Of a stretch of DNA of 49,373 nt, positions 25,769-34,648 are shown piece after piece. The notes under the pieces are model-generated. The model was not told the DNA's origin. It ran no database searches and saw nothing but the letters and a program-made list of their open reading frames with translations. The position numbers and the translations under genes were made by a program. The DNA lies in IMG/VR virus record IMGVR_UViG_3300033067_000841, positions 1 through 49,373 of that record; one strand, given 5' to 3'. Every line of letters starts with the position of its first letter. Positions within the stretch are counted from its first letter, which is position 1. The DNA comes from a virus. Lineage: Duplodnaviria; Caudoviricetes.

Positions 25769-25952
25769 TCCTATTGTCGATCGTGTTCTTGACCGGATAT
25801 CTAGTCGGTCGGAAGCGGGCCTAAAGAAATATGGCGTAACCATGCTACGGGACGATGTGTCCACAATAGAATGGCTACGCCATGCACAGGAAGAAGCGCT
25901 CGACTTTGCAGTTTATATCGAGCGTGTCATTTATGATTTGGAGAATAAGTAA
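25758..25952 (+). CDS. Small helical protein, possibly MazG-like
   Basis: 'GLKKYGVTM...WLRHAQEEALDFAVY'. Confidence 0.5.
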   Translation: MGSDPIVDRVLDRISSRSEAGLKKYGVTMLRDDVSTIEWLRHAQEEALDFAVYIERVIYDLENK

Positions 25953-26131
25953 TGAAGTATATTCTAGTCGCTATGATTGCCCTTGGCCTTGGTGCCTGCG
26001 CACAGGGTGTCACCATCCGTCCAGGCAACGGTGCTACCGGCAGCATCACCATCAAGCCCCACAACCCTGTGATCAAGGAACAGAAGGGGGATGGGGAACG
26101 AGGTCAGGTACAGACTGACGGTTTCATCTAA
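25952..26131 (+). CDS. Small lipoprotein (59 aa)
   Basis: MKYILVAMIALGLGA-C lipobox; TAATG coupling; not in the ORF track. Confidence 0.7.
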   Translation: MKYILVAMIALGLGACAQGVTIRPGNGATGSITIKPHNPVIKEQKGDGERGQVQTDGFI

Positions 26132-26136
26132 GAGTT

Positions 26137-26168
26137 AAAAAGAAAGGCCCCGTGAGGGGCCTTTTTCT
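26137..26168. terminator. Bidirectional intrinsic terminator between the arms
   Basis: AAAAAGAAAGGCCCC-GTGA-GGGGCCTTTTTCTT between convergent stops. Confidence 0.9.
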
Positions 26169-28831
26169 TATGCTGTCTGTGTGTCCATCTGTTGGACAAT
26201 CTCTGCCATCTGCTCGGCCTTGGGAGGTTTCCTAGCCCCCAGGAATCTAGAGGCTGGGTAGGTACCGACACCAACCTTGTTCCCCTGGTTGCCTCCGAGG
26301 ACAAGATAGTTCCCGTTCTCATCCATCCCTACGAAGAACCCTACGTGTCCCTTGTTGGGATCGCTACCACGGGAGAACACTACGATGTCACCCTTCTTCG
26401 GGTTGTCGGTAGGTGTACCCCAATCAAGGAAGCTGCGAGCTCCTAGGGAGCCTGTGCCCTTACCACCTGTGCTCTGAATCACAGCGTTAGCGAATGCTGC
26501 ACACCAGGGTGTCAGGGCTGGATCCACATCCTTACCCAGGCTCTGGGCAAACATGGCCTTGAGAGCTCCACGGCCGTCTGTCTCATCCACATCGATGTAG
26601 CGCATGGCTACGGTGACGGGATCCTGACCACGGTTGACCGCATCGATCATGTGGTCGCTGTCACCAGCCGATACCAGGCGTACCGGAGGTGGAGCGCTGA
26701 GGTCGATCAGGCTTGACTGACGCTGCGGTGTCTGTGGCTGCTGCTTCTTGAACCTCTCGGCTCCCAGCTGCTGGGCATCCTTCTCGCTCTGAGCGGAAGA
26801 GCTACCGCCGATACCATCCCATAGCTTCTGGAAGAAACCCTTCTGGGTTGGACGGCTACCATCGATCTTGAACTGGTACTGGTCCATGAACTGCTGCAGG
26901 GACTGGGTTGGATCCTTGCCCAAAGCCTTCATGGCTGGAGCCCAGGACTGTAGGCCCTTGTTGATCTGCTCCAGGTTGTCGAACTCTGGACCCATGATGT
27001 TCTTGAAGTTGGGGACACTACCGGGGAGGTAGAGACCCAGCTGCTCAAGCTTCTTCTCAGAGCCAGGTACGATCTGGGGAACAAACCGACCAACAGCAGG
27101 ATCCCAGGCGGTGGTCCATAGACCGTTGGTGTTCGACTCCTTCGCCATACCACGCAGGTGAGTACCAAAGACGGTATTCAGACCTGAGTCCATCCACTTG
27201 AGATAGTTGGCTGTCACCTCTGGATCGTTCAGCTGCTTGACAGCTGCTGCTACCTGAGGTCCACCCATCTGTAGATAGACGTTGACCCTGTCTTTCTCTG
27301 TGAACTTGTCGAGGATGTTCAGACCCTCGTTCTCCTTGAACACAGCCTGCATGAGAGCCTTGACACCATCAGGAGGTACCTGACCACTGGTGACCAATCG
27401 CCTCCAATCGTCCATGTACTTCTTGTAGTCAGCACCACTGGCTGATGGATCCTTCTTGATCCGATCGAAGCCTTCGGTGAACTTGGCCTCTGGATCCGTA
27501 ACGATCCTGCTGACGTTGTCGGTGAGGATGGCTCCCATGAGGGTCTTCCTCTGCTTCTCATCCGCCAGGATGATGCTCATGCCAACGTCACCGATCTTGT
27601 CCTTGATGACCGACAGACGACGGATGGCATCGCTACCCAGGATCTGACGTCCAGTCTCCTGCTGCATCGCTGTGCTGAGGCGTAGGTTGGCAGCAGCCGT
27701 GGAGAAGTCACCCGTGGAGATTGCCTTCTTCAGGGTGGTGATCTGCTCCATGCCCTGGTCGATGATGTCCTGGACCTTCTTGGGATCATTGATGTGCTGA
27801 GCCAGGGAGATGCCATTGCGGTCAGGCGTAAAGAGCCTCTGACGTAGTCCCAGGGCTGTCTGTGTCTCCAGCTGGTTGAGAGCCACGATCATGGACTCGG
27901 TGTCCTTGGGAGATACCGCGGTACCCTTCCCTGCCATGTCGATGACCATCTGGGTGATGCTGCCCTTGCCTCCGGTGATGGAGGTGTTGGCATCGGAGAG
28001 GACCTTGGTGACGGTGTTGGTCACCATACCCGTAGCCACCTGACGAGCCCTCTCGGAGGTGTTCTCGTTGTTGGCCTTGGCCTCTGCCAGGTCACCCATA
28101 CGGATGTCGTGCTCCAGCTTGTCACGCTCCTGGCGTTGGACGTACTGGTAGATGTAGGTCTCGCTGTAGGCATTGGCTGTGCCGTACTTGTTCCAGAAGT
28201 CTGGAGGCAGATACTCGGCCTTCTGCTTGGCGAATGTCTCGAAGCTGTTGGCTCTGGTGGCTGCCGAGTGAGCCTGCTTCTCCAGCTGCTGGTCGATCTC
28301 ACGACGCAGAGCATTGGCTGGTACGACACCTGTGATGGACTGGAACTTCTGGTCGATGACGTCACGGTAGCCGGGATACCTGGCCTTCAGCTGACGTGAG
28401 AGAGCCTCCAGCTTGGTGTAGTAGGAGGTGTCCCCGATCTGTCCCTGAGCCCTGGCCTCTGCCAGACGCTGCATCTGCTTCTCAACCTCGGGAGCATTGG
28501 GTGGTACGTTGAGACGTGTCAGAGGGAACCTCTCGGCTCCCGTCACTGTCTCCCTTTGTCCCCCTGTCTTACCGAACAGACCACCGTCCGTGTCGAGAGC
28601 TGCCTGGACTCCCTGCTCACTGGTGAGCTTCTCGTTGCCCTTGCGGATCTCGTTGTCGATCGAGGACTGGTTGTAGTTGTCGACAGCCGTGACCACACCG
28701 TCAGCAGCCTGACCGATGCCCTCGAAGAGGGTGCCCAACGATTGGTTGGGACGGATGCGATCAGGTTCCCTCGACAGCCCAATGTAGCTGGGGTCGTTGG
28801 TTGGACGGACTTCCTGGGTAATCCTTGCCAT
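26168..28831 (-). CDS. Internal virion (ejection) protein with C-terminal NlpC/P60-type peptidoglycan hydrolase
   Basis: 'TPWCAAFAN...ARSFLDWG...GDIVVF...GHVGF...LGGNQ'. Confidence 0.8.
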   Translation of the reverse strand: MARITQEVRPTNDPSYIGLSREPDRIRPNQSLGTLFEGIGQAADGVVTAVDNYNQSSIDNEIRKGNEKLTSEQGVQAALDTDGGLFGKTGGQRETVTGAERFPLTRLNVPPNAPEVEKQMQRLAEARAQGQIGDTSYYTKLEALSRQLKARYPGYRDVIDQKFQSITGVVPANALRREIDQQLEKQAHSAATRANSFETFAKQKAEYLPPDFWNKYGTANAYSETYIYQYVQRQERDKLEHDIRMGDLAEAKANNENTSERARQVATGMVTNTVTKVLSDANTSITGGKGSITQMVIDMAGKGTAVSPKDTESMIVALNQLETQTALGLRQRLFTPDRNGISLAQHINDPKKVQDIIDQGMEQITTLKKAISTGDFSTAAANLRLSTAMQQETGRQILGSDAIRRLSVIKDKIGDVGMSIILADEKQRKTLMGAILTDNVSRIVTDPEAKFTEGFDRIKKDPSASGADYKKYMDDWRRLVTSGQVPPDGVKALMQAVFKENEGLNILDKFTEKDRVNVYLQMGGPQVAAAVKQLNDPEVTANYLKWMDSGLNTVFGTHLRGMAKESNTNGLWTTAWDPAVGRFVPQIVPGSEKKLEQLGLYLPGSVPNFKNIMGPEFDNLEQINKGLQSWAPAMKALGKDPTQSLQQFMDQYQFKIDGSRPTQKGFFQKLWDGIGGSSSAQSEKDAQQLGAERFKKQQPQTPQRQSSLIDLSAPPPVRLVSAGDSDHMIDAVNRGQDPVTVAMRYIDVDETDGRGALKAMFAQSLGKDVDPALTPWCAAFANAVIQSTGGKGTGSLGARSFLDWGTPTDNPKKGDIVVFSRGSDPNKGHVGFFVGMDENGNYLVLGGNQGNKVGVGTYPASRFLGARKPPKAEQMAEIVQQMDTQTA

Positions 28832-31800
28832 TAGTTCTTAGTTCCCATATATGCTTTCATACGCTCTTCATGGAATTTCATTGGACCCTTGAGGAACCAG
28901 TCCATGTCGATCTTCTTGTCTAGATCCAGATGTGGTTGCATGGCCTTGCTGAATACGTCGTAGTACTGGTCTGGACGGAACTGTCCAACAGCCATCCACA
29001 TATTCACCTGACGCATGTAGGTCTCGTAGGTCGCATCGTCCTTGTTGATCAGAGCCTGCATGGCCCTGTTGTAGGCGACGTTGATCTGCTTCTGTGACTC
29101 AGCCTGTAGGTTCTTGACATCCTTCATGTTCTTCATCTTGAGGAACGTGTCGGAGACATTGCGAGGCTGGGTACCCGTGATGCCAGTGAACAGTGCATCG
29201 AACGTGTCGACATCACTAGTGACCTGGACACCGTTCTTGGTCATCCACAGACCCAGGTGCATGGCAGCCATGGTGCGGACACCAAGGTTGACCGTCGAGA
29301 TGGACTGCAGGGTCTGGATCACATCCTGGGATGTGGGAGCAAACCTCTGCTCCTCCGGACGGAACGGAGAGGTCAGGGCATAGACCAGAGGACTGGCGTT
29401 CTTGTAGGCATCGGAGATGATCTTACCCGATGGACCAGCGATGAAGTCGAAGGATGTCTCGCTCTCAAGAAAGCTCTTGAGGGGAGCAAACTGACCAGGA
29501 CCATAGCGCTCGTTGATGTTGTAGTCCTTGCCCATGACATGAGCGATTGTTGTCGGTATGCCGTTCATGAACAGACCGATCATCCCATCGTCGGGAGCGA
29601 TACCCCTCTGCAGGAGCTCGGTACGAGCATCACCATACCAGTTGAAGGCAGGCACACCGGCCGTAAGACCGATAGGCACACCATACATGGCTGAGTAGGT
29701 GGCAAAGAGCCTGGCCTTCTCGGCACCTGTGAGACGGCTACCCATGAACTGCTCCATCAGTCGGGCGCTGTAGCTGCCGAACTGGGTGGGGATCGAGTAG
29801 ATGCCGTTGTTCCACTGGGCGTTGGAAGCCCTGGTCATGTTGACCGACATGAGGTCAGCACGGTTGAGGATGTCAGCCATCGCCCTGTTGTCGACAGCCT
29901 TGCCTGGGTTCTTGGCTTTCCATTCTGCAAAGGCAGCTGCCCAGGAGCCGATACGGGACACACGCTCACCCTCCTTGAAGAAGGTGTTGGCAGCATCCAG
30001 TGTCGCTCCTACCTTGTTCTGGAACAGCTTGGGTTCAAGCATGTCGTCAGACCATGCAGCCTCACCCTCCACCCGATGGAAACCAGACAGCTTGAGCGTC
30101 TGGTACATCTCGATGAAGTCCTGCTTGTTCCAACCAAGAGCCTTGGCGATGTTGGAGAAGTGCTCCACCATCTGTGGCTTGTCGTTCAACAGCAGAGCCC
30201 TGATGGGCATATAGGCTGCGGTACCCAGGTAGCCATTCTTGAGACCGGCAATGCCGATCATGTGGGTCATGGAGTTGGCCTGGGCGAAGAACTGGGTAGG
30301 ATTGAACATGCCCATGGTCAGGTGGAATGCAAACTTGCGAGCGTACCTGAATGGGTCTGTCTCTGTCGGCAGATGCTCGGCAGCAAAGCTACCCCACTTC
30401 TGACCAGCCATGCCGTAGACACCGTTGGCCACCTTCTCCATGAGGTAGTTCATCTCACGCTTCATCGGTGTCTGTTCACCAAGGAATGCCTGGATGGCCT
30501 TACGGGACTGCTTGGCAGCGTTAAGGGTAGCCACATCTGGATTGGATGTGTCCCACGTGTCCTTGTAGAAGTAGTTGAGAGGGTTGGCCCTCACCTCTTC
30601 GATGGAGTCAGCTCCCTTGATCAGGTGTCCGAACTGGGCAATCCAGTTGTCGATAGCCTGGATCTTGTAGTCGGTCATGAACCTGTTGCGCATGACGTTG
30701 GCCATGCTGCCGGAGATGGAGGTCAGGGGATCCACCATGTCGGCACTCTCGATATGGAATACCGGGTTGTCCTCTGAGCCAGCCTCGCGGATGGTCCACA
30801 GGTCAGGGTCCCTTTCACCAGCGAACTTCTTGTCGATCTGGTTGTAGAGGTTGTAGGGGTTACGGATGTTGTCTTCGAAGTTGGCGTACTGAGACGAGAG
30901 ATCCGGATAGTCATCGGTCATACGACGACCAGACTTCAGGTAGATGAATGGATCATCCTCGCTGAAGTGAGCCTTCTCGTAGTACAGCCTGCCATTGGCT
31001 GACTCTTTCCATTCTCCCTGGAACAGCTTCTGGAAGCCCTTGGCCGTGTATGGCAGGTTCTTTTCCAGGTACTTCTCCAGCTCATCCATCTTGCCAGCCT
31101 TCATCAGCTGGCGTGCCTGCTCCATACGCTCGGTATACTTGCGGGCCTCAGCCTCCGTGTGGAACCCGAACGCTGCCTTCTCACCCTCGTAGCTGTGCAT
31201 GGTCTGTGGGTTGCCGGCAGGATCGTAGTCATCGGCTACGCGACGGATGACCGGCTGCTTGACGAAATGCTCTACGGCGTAGTCCTTGTGGCCACCAGCC
31301 CGATAGGGGATCTGTGTCCACGGCAGCTGCTCGGCCTGGTAGCTCTTGGTCAGGACGAAGTGGATCGGCTTGTCCGTCTTGGCCAGGCCCATCAGCGGAA
31401 GAGATGAAGGGTTGGCCACCTGGATCAGCTTGAAGCCAGCCTTGACCAGGTCCTGGATCTCAGCCTGGTCCCCCTTGTCGAGGACCTTGAGACGACGGAA
31501 CTCACCAGGGCTGTCGGTGGTGATGGCAGTATGAATGAACAGACCAGCATCCTTGTCGAAGCCACTGGGGAACTTGTCGAGCTCCTTACCCTCGAAGGGT
31601 AACCCCTTGGTGGTCCCCGTGTAGAGGGAGAACTCCCTGATACCCAGCCGTGACTTCTCCTTGTAGAGGTTCATGTTACGGATGGTGTAGTCAAGATCGT
31701 TCAGGGCTACGTAGCTGTAGTAGGCTTGGATCTCTTCAGTTGTCGGTAGACGCCCTAGGGACTTCTGGAAATCCTGATCAAGTTCCGAGATGCTCTGGGC

Positions 31801-33699
31801 AAACCTGCCGTACTCTGGCCTCTCTGGAGTGCCACCTACGTGGGAGCGATGCTCCTCAAGGATCTTGGAGAGATCCTTCTTGGACTGGTTGGGGAGAGCC
31901 TTGATGTCCTTGGCAATGTCCTGAGCCAGGGCATGCAGACGAATGGACCCGTGCTGGGCCATCTTCCTCTGCTTGTTCTGGTTGGGGGAGAGGATATCCT
32001 CAGCCGACCGTAGCCACCCCAGGAAGATGTCCTTGGTGCGTACGGGTGCCTTGTCGGTAGCGATGGCTGCCCGATAGGCTGGTGTGGTTTCGTCGAAGTC
32101 TCGGGAGACACGGATAGCCCAACCACTGCCAACCTGCTCAATGTTGTTGTCACCTCTAGCGACACCATAGAACTGCTCAGCGTAGAGCCTAGCCATCCCT
32201 TCGTTCTCGAAGAGCTCACCTGTGGGCTTGCCGAAGTAGACAGACACACTGCCGACATTGGCTACAGACTCATCCGGTCGTGTAACCTTTGGAGCGATAT
32301 CCACGATGGACTGGTTGATGTGCTTGTAGTCTCGTAGAATTGTCTCGAAAGATTCCTTGGTTGCAATAGCCAGTGCCTGCTCCGGTCCTCTGGCTACCTT
32401 GGGGTCCTTGAAGGCATTGGAGATCGTCAGGGCATTCTGCTGCATACGGGTGATGAGACGATCGGTGATCTCAGCTGCGAAGCGAGACCCATCAGCAAAG
32501 AGCTGCTTTGGGTTGTAGAGCGTCGGCATCATCCTGCGCAGGTACTCATTGTCCATACGAGGATCGATGTCCTTGAACCCTGTCTCCACGGCCTTTACCG
32601 CATTGATGCGAGCAGCTGTGGCTGTGTCGCCTAGCTGGGATGCTGCACGACCAGCGTCGATGACCTCTCCATCAGCACTGCGGAACAGCTGCTTCAGGAA
32701 GCCCTTCACAGAGCCCGTAGGAGACGCCTGGAGGGCCTTCTCTGCTATGCCCGCTACCCCACTACCTGCCTTGCGTCCGATGGCCCCTGCGATGCCTCTG
32801 ACGCCCTTGGAGATGCTAGCCACTGGTACAGAGGCAGCAACGTTGATGATCTCCATAGCATTGTCGAACGCTGCATCGCTCTTGGAGTAGGACTCCAGGG
32901 CAATGGCAAAGCGTGTGGCATCTGTCTGGGATCCAGACCTTAGCTGGTCGTAGACCTGATAGACGTACTTGTAGTATTCCTTGGGTGAGAGGCTGTTGGC
33001 ATGACTGACAATCTCAAACAGGGTCTGACCCGGTAGGGCGATGCCTGCTGGGAGATCCTTGGCTGCCTTCTCGATACGGTACCACGACACACCTGGAACG
33101 AATGCCTCGAAGAACTCGTAGGTCTTCTGCATGAGACCCGTGTTCTCCTGGTTGACCCTGTCCTCCTCGATGAGGTTTTGAGAGACCTTGCGCTTGGCGA
33201 TGGCGTCCCTCGTGGCGTTAGTCATGTCGAGGGCTTCATCACCACCCAGGCCAAAGCCGTCCTTGAGGACCTTGGCAGCTCCGTCGAAGACCTTCATGCC
33301 AAGGCCGATCATCGAGTCAGCGAACTTGGTCTCTAGGATCGTGTCTGGGTCCTGCTCGTCCACCTGGGCTGCAATGCCAGCGGCGATGTGGGGATCGTCT
33401 GGATGGGGTACCTGCTTCTTGGCCAGGTCCTTGATGGCCTCTGCCCGCATACGGGAGTTGGCAAGAGCCTCCGAGGCCGCTGTGGCCTGGCGGATGTCCT
33501 TGTCCCCTTCCCCCGACAGATAACGGTTCTTCAATACGTCGAGCCCCGGAGATTGCTCCCCGAGGCCAACGTGCGCTTCTGTTGCCCGCCTGCCCGCTGC
33601 GTTGAGATCCAGGGGTGGGGCGCCTACGTCAAGAGAGAGGAGATCTTCCTGTGGCTCCGCTCCTGGAGTGTCGAGCGAGAGGAGTTCGGTATCTTCCAT
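28831..33699 (-). CDS. Large internal virion (ejection) protein
   Basis: 1622 aa, predominantly helical composition, canonical podovirus position. Confidence 0.7.
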   Translation of the reverse strand: MEDTELLSLDTPGAEPQEDLLSLDVGAPPLDLNAAGRRATEAHVGLGEQSPGLDVLKNRYLSGEGDKDIRQATAASEALANSRMRAEAIKDLAKKQVPHPDDPHIAAGIAAQVDEQDPDTILETKFADSMIGLGMKVFDGAAKVLKDGFGLGGDEALDMTNATRDAIAKRKVSQNLIEEDRVNQENTGLMQKTYEFFEAFVPGVSWYRIEKAAKDLPAGIALPGQTLFEIVSHANSLSPKEYYKYVYQVYDQLRSGSQTDATRFAIALESYSKSDAAFDNAMEIINVAASVPVASISKGVRGIAGAIGRKAGSGVAGIAEKALQASPTGSVKGFLKQLFRSADGEVIDAGRAASQLGDTATAARINAVKAVETGFKDIDPRMDNEYLRRMMPTLYNPKQLFADGSRFAAEITDRLITRMQQNALTISNAFKDPKVARGPEQALAIATKESFETILRDYKHINQSIVDIAPKVTRPDESVANVGSVSVYFGKPTGELFENEGMARLYAEQFYGVARGDNNIEQVGSGWAIRVSRDFDETTPAYRAAIATDKAPVRTKDIFLGWLRSAEDILSPNQNKQRKMAQHGSIRLHALAQDIAKDIKALPNQSKKDLSKILEEHRSHVGGTPERPEYGRFAQSISELDQDFQKSLGRLPTTEEIQAYYSYVALNDLDYTIRNMNLYKEKSRLGIREFSLYTGTTKGLPFEGKELDKFPSGFDKDAGLFIHTAITTDSPGEFRRLKVLDKGDQAEIQDLVKAGFKLIQVANPSSLPLMGLAKTDKPIHFVLTKSYQAEQLPWTQIPYRAGGHKDYAVEHFVKQPVIRRVADDYDPAGNPQTMHSYEGEKAAFGFHTEAEARKYTERMEQARQLMKAGKMDELEKYLEKNLPYTAKGFQKLFQGEWKESANGRLYYEKAHFSEDDPFIYLKSGRRMTDDYPDLSSQYANFEDNIRNPYNLYNQIDKKFAGERDPDLWTIREAGSEDNPVFHIESADMVDPLTSISGSMANVMRNRFMTDYKIQAIDNWIAQFGHLIKGADSIEEVRANPLNYFYKDTWDTSNPDVATLNAAKQSRKAIQAFLGEQTPMKREMNYLMEKVANGVYGMAGQKWGSFAAEHLPTETDPFRYARKFAFHLTMGMFNPTQFFAQANSMTHMIGIAGLKNGYLGTAAYMPIRALLLNDKPQMVEHFSNIAKALGWNKQDFIEMYQTLKLSGFHRVEGEAAWSDDMLEPKLFQNKVGATLDAANTFFKEGERVSRIGSWAAAFAEWKAKNPGKAVDNRAMADILNRADLMSVNMTRASNAQWNNGIYSIPTQFGSYSARLMEQFMGSRLTGAEKARLFATYSAMYGVPIGLTAGVPAFNWYGDARTELLQRGIAPDDGMIGLFMNGIPTTIAHVMGKDYNINERYGPGQFAPLKSFLESETSFDFIAGPSGKIISDAYKNASPLVYALTSPFRPEEQRFAPTSQDVIQTLQSISTVNLGVRTMAAMHLGLWMTKNGVQVTSDVDTFDALFTGITGTQPRNVSDTFLKMKNMKDVKNLQAESQKQINVAYNRAMQALINKDDATYETYMRQVNMWMAVGQFRPDQYYDVFSKAMQPHLDLDKKIDMDWFLKGPMKFHEERMKAYMGTKN

Positions 33700-34196
33700 T
33701 AGGTGTATCCACCGATCCTTGCGATAGTCCCGGAGTTCTTGATCAGGGCTCCACCGAGGGAGCTGATGCCTGAGCCGGTAGCGACCATGCCACCACCGTC
33801 TGCCTCGCTAGCCCTAGCCCTGCCAGCCATGGCGTTGGCGTCGAAGATCTGGTTGCCGAGCTGCTGGTTCTGGTTGACACCAGCGAGGTTGACACCTGTC
33901 TGGCCCTCGATGCCACCAATGGCTCCACCCAGTGCCGAGCTGTCTCCAGCTCCCTGAGCGTTGGCTGTGGCTACTGCAGCGGCTCGTGCCAGCTGTGCCT
34001 GACGCACGATCTCCCGCTTCTTGCGGGTAGCGTCGAGGTTCATCTGCTGCTTGCGTGAGTCTTCTGCGACCTGCTGGGCTGCGATGAGCTGCTTCTGGGC
34101 CTTGGCCTGCTGCTGCTGACCCTTGTAGGCTACGGCCGTACCAGCAACGCTGGCAGCAATGCCGATAGCAGCAATGATTGTACTAACTGCAGCCAT
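33699..34196 (-). CDS. Internal virion protein (T7 gp14-like)
   Basis: Ala/Gly/Gln-rich with hydrophobic N-terminus; position. Confidence 0.65.
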   Translation of the reverse strand: MAAVSTIIAAIGIAASVAGTAVAYKGQQQQAKAQKQLIAAQQVAEDSRKQQMNLDATRKKREIVRQAQLARAAAVATANAQGAGDSSALGGAIGGIEGQTGVNLAGVNQNQQLGNQIFDANAMAGRARASEADGGGMVATGSGISSLGGALIKNSGTIARIGGYT

Positions 34197-34648
34197 TATA
34201 TCTCCTTAAGAAATGCTCGTTCAGTTGGCTTGTAGCCAAACTTGGTATACATCTTTTCTACTTTTGGTGCGTGTTCAGTCTCGACAAGAGACATTTGGAC
34301 TTGCTTGCAACCAACCTTCTTTGCCCAGAACTCAAAAGCCTTGAACAGTTCTATGGCTGCCCTGCCACCACGGTGCTCTGGTTCGATCCACCATATGAGC
34401 TCATGGGCCAGCTTGTCGTAGTTGAGGGTCATCTCAGCTGTGATGCCAGCCAGCATTCCTATAGGCTTGTCGTTCTTGAGGTAGAGAAGGATGATGGCCT
34501 TGGCCTTGTCACCGTTGAGGATGTTCTCTACGACGCTGTTCAGCTTGTTGATATCGAGCTGTATGTCTGTGTAGGGGCTGTGTTCTGCGAAGTTCTTGCA
34601 CATGTCCTGGATGTCGAAGTAGTCATCCCAGGTAGCGATCTTTAACAT
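34196..34648 (-). CDS. GNAT acetyltransferase
   Basis: 'WWIEPEHRGGRAAIELFKAFEFWAK', 'YTKFGY'; ATG at 34648. Confidence 0.8.
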   Translation of the reverse strand: MLKIATWDDYFDIQDMCKNFAEHSPYTDIQLDINKLNSVVENILNGDKAKAIILLYLKNDKPIGMLAGITAEMTLNYDKLAHELIWWIEPEHRGGRAAIELFKAFEFWAKKVGCKQVQMSLVETEHAPKVEKMYTKFGYKPTERAFLKEI

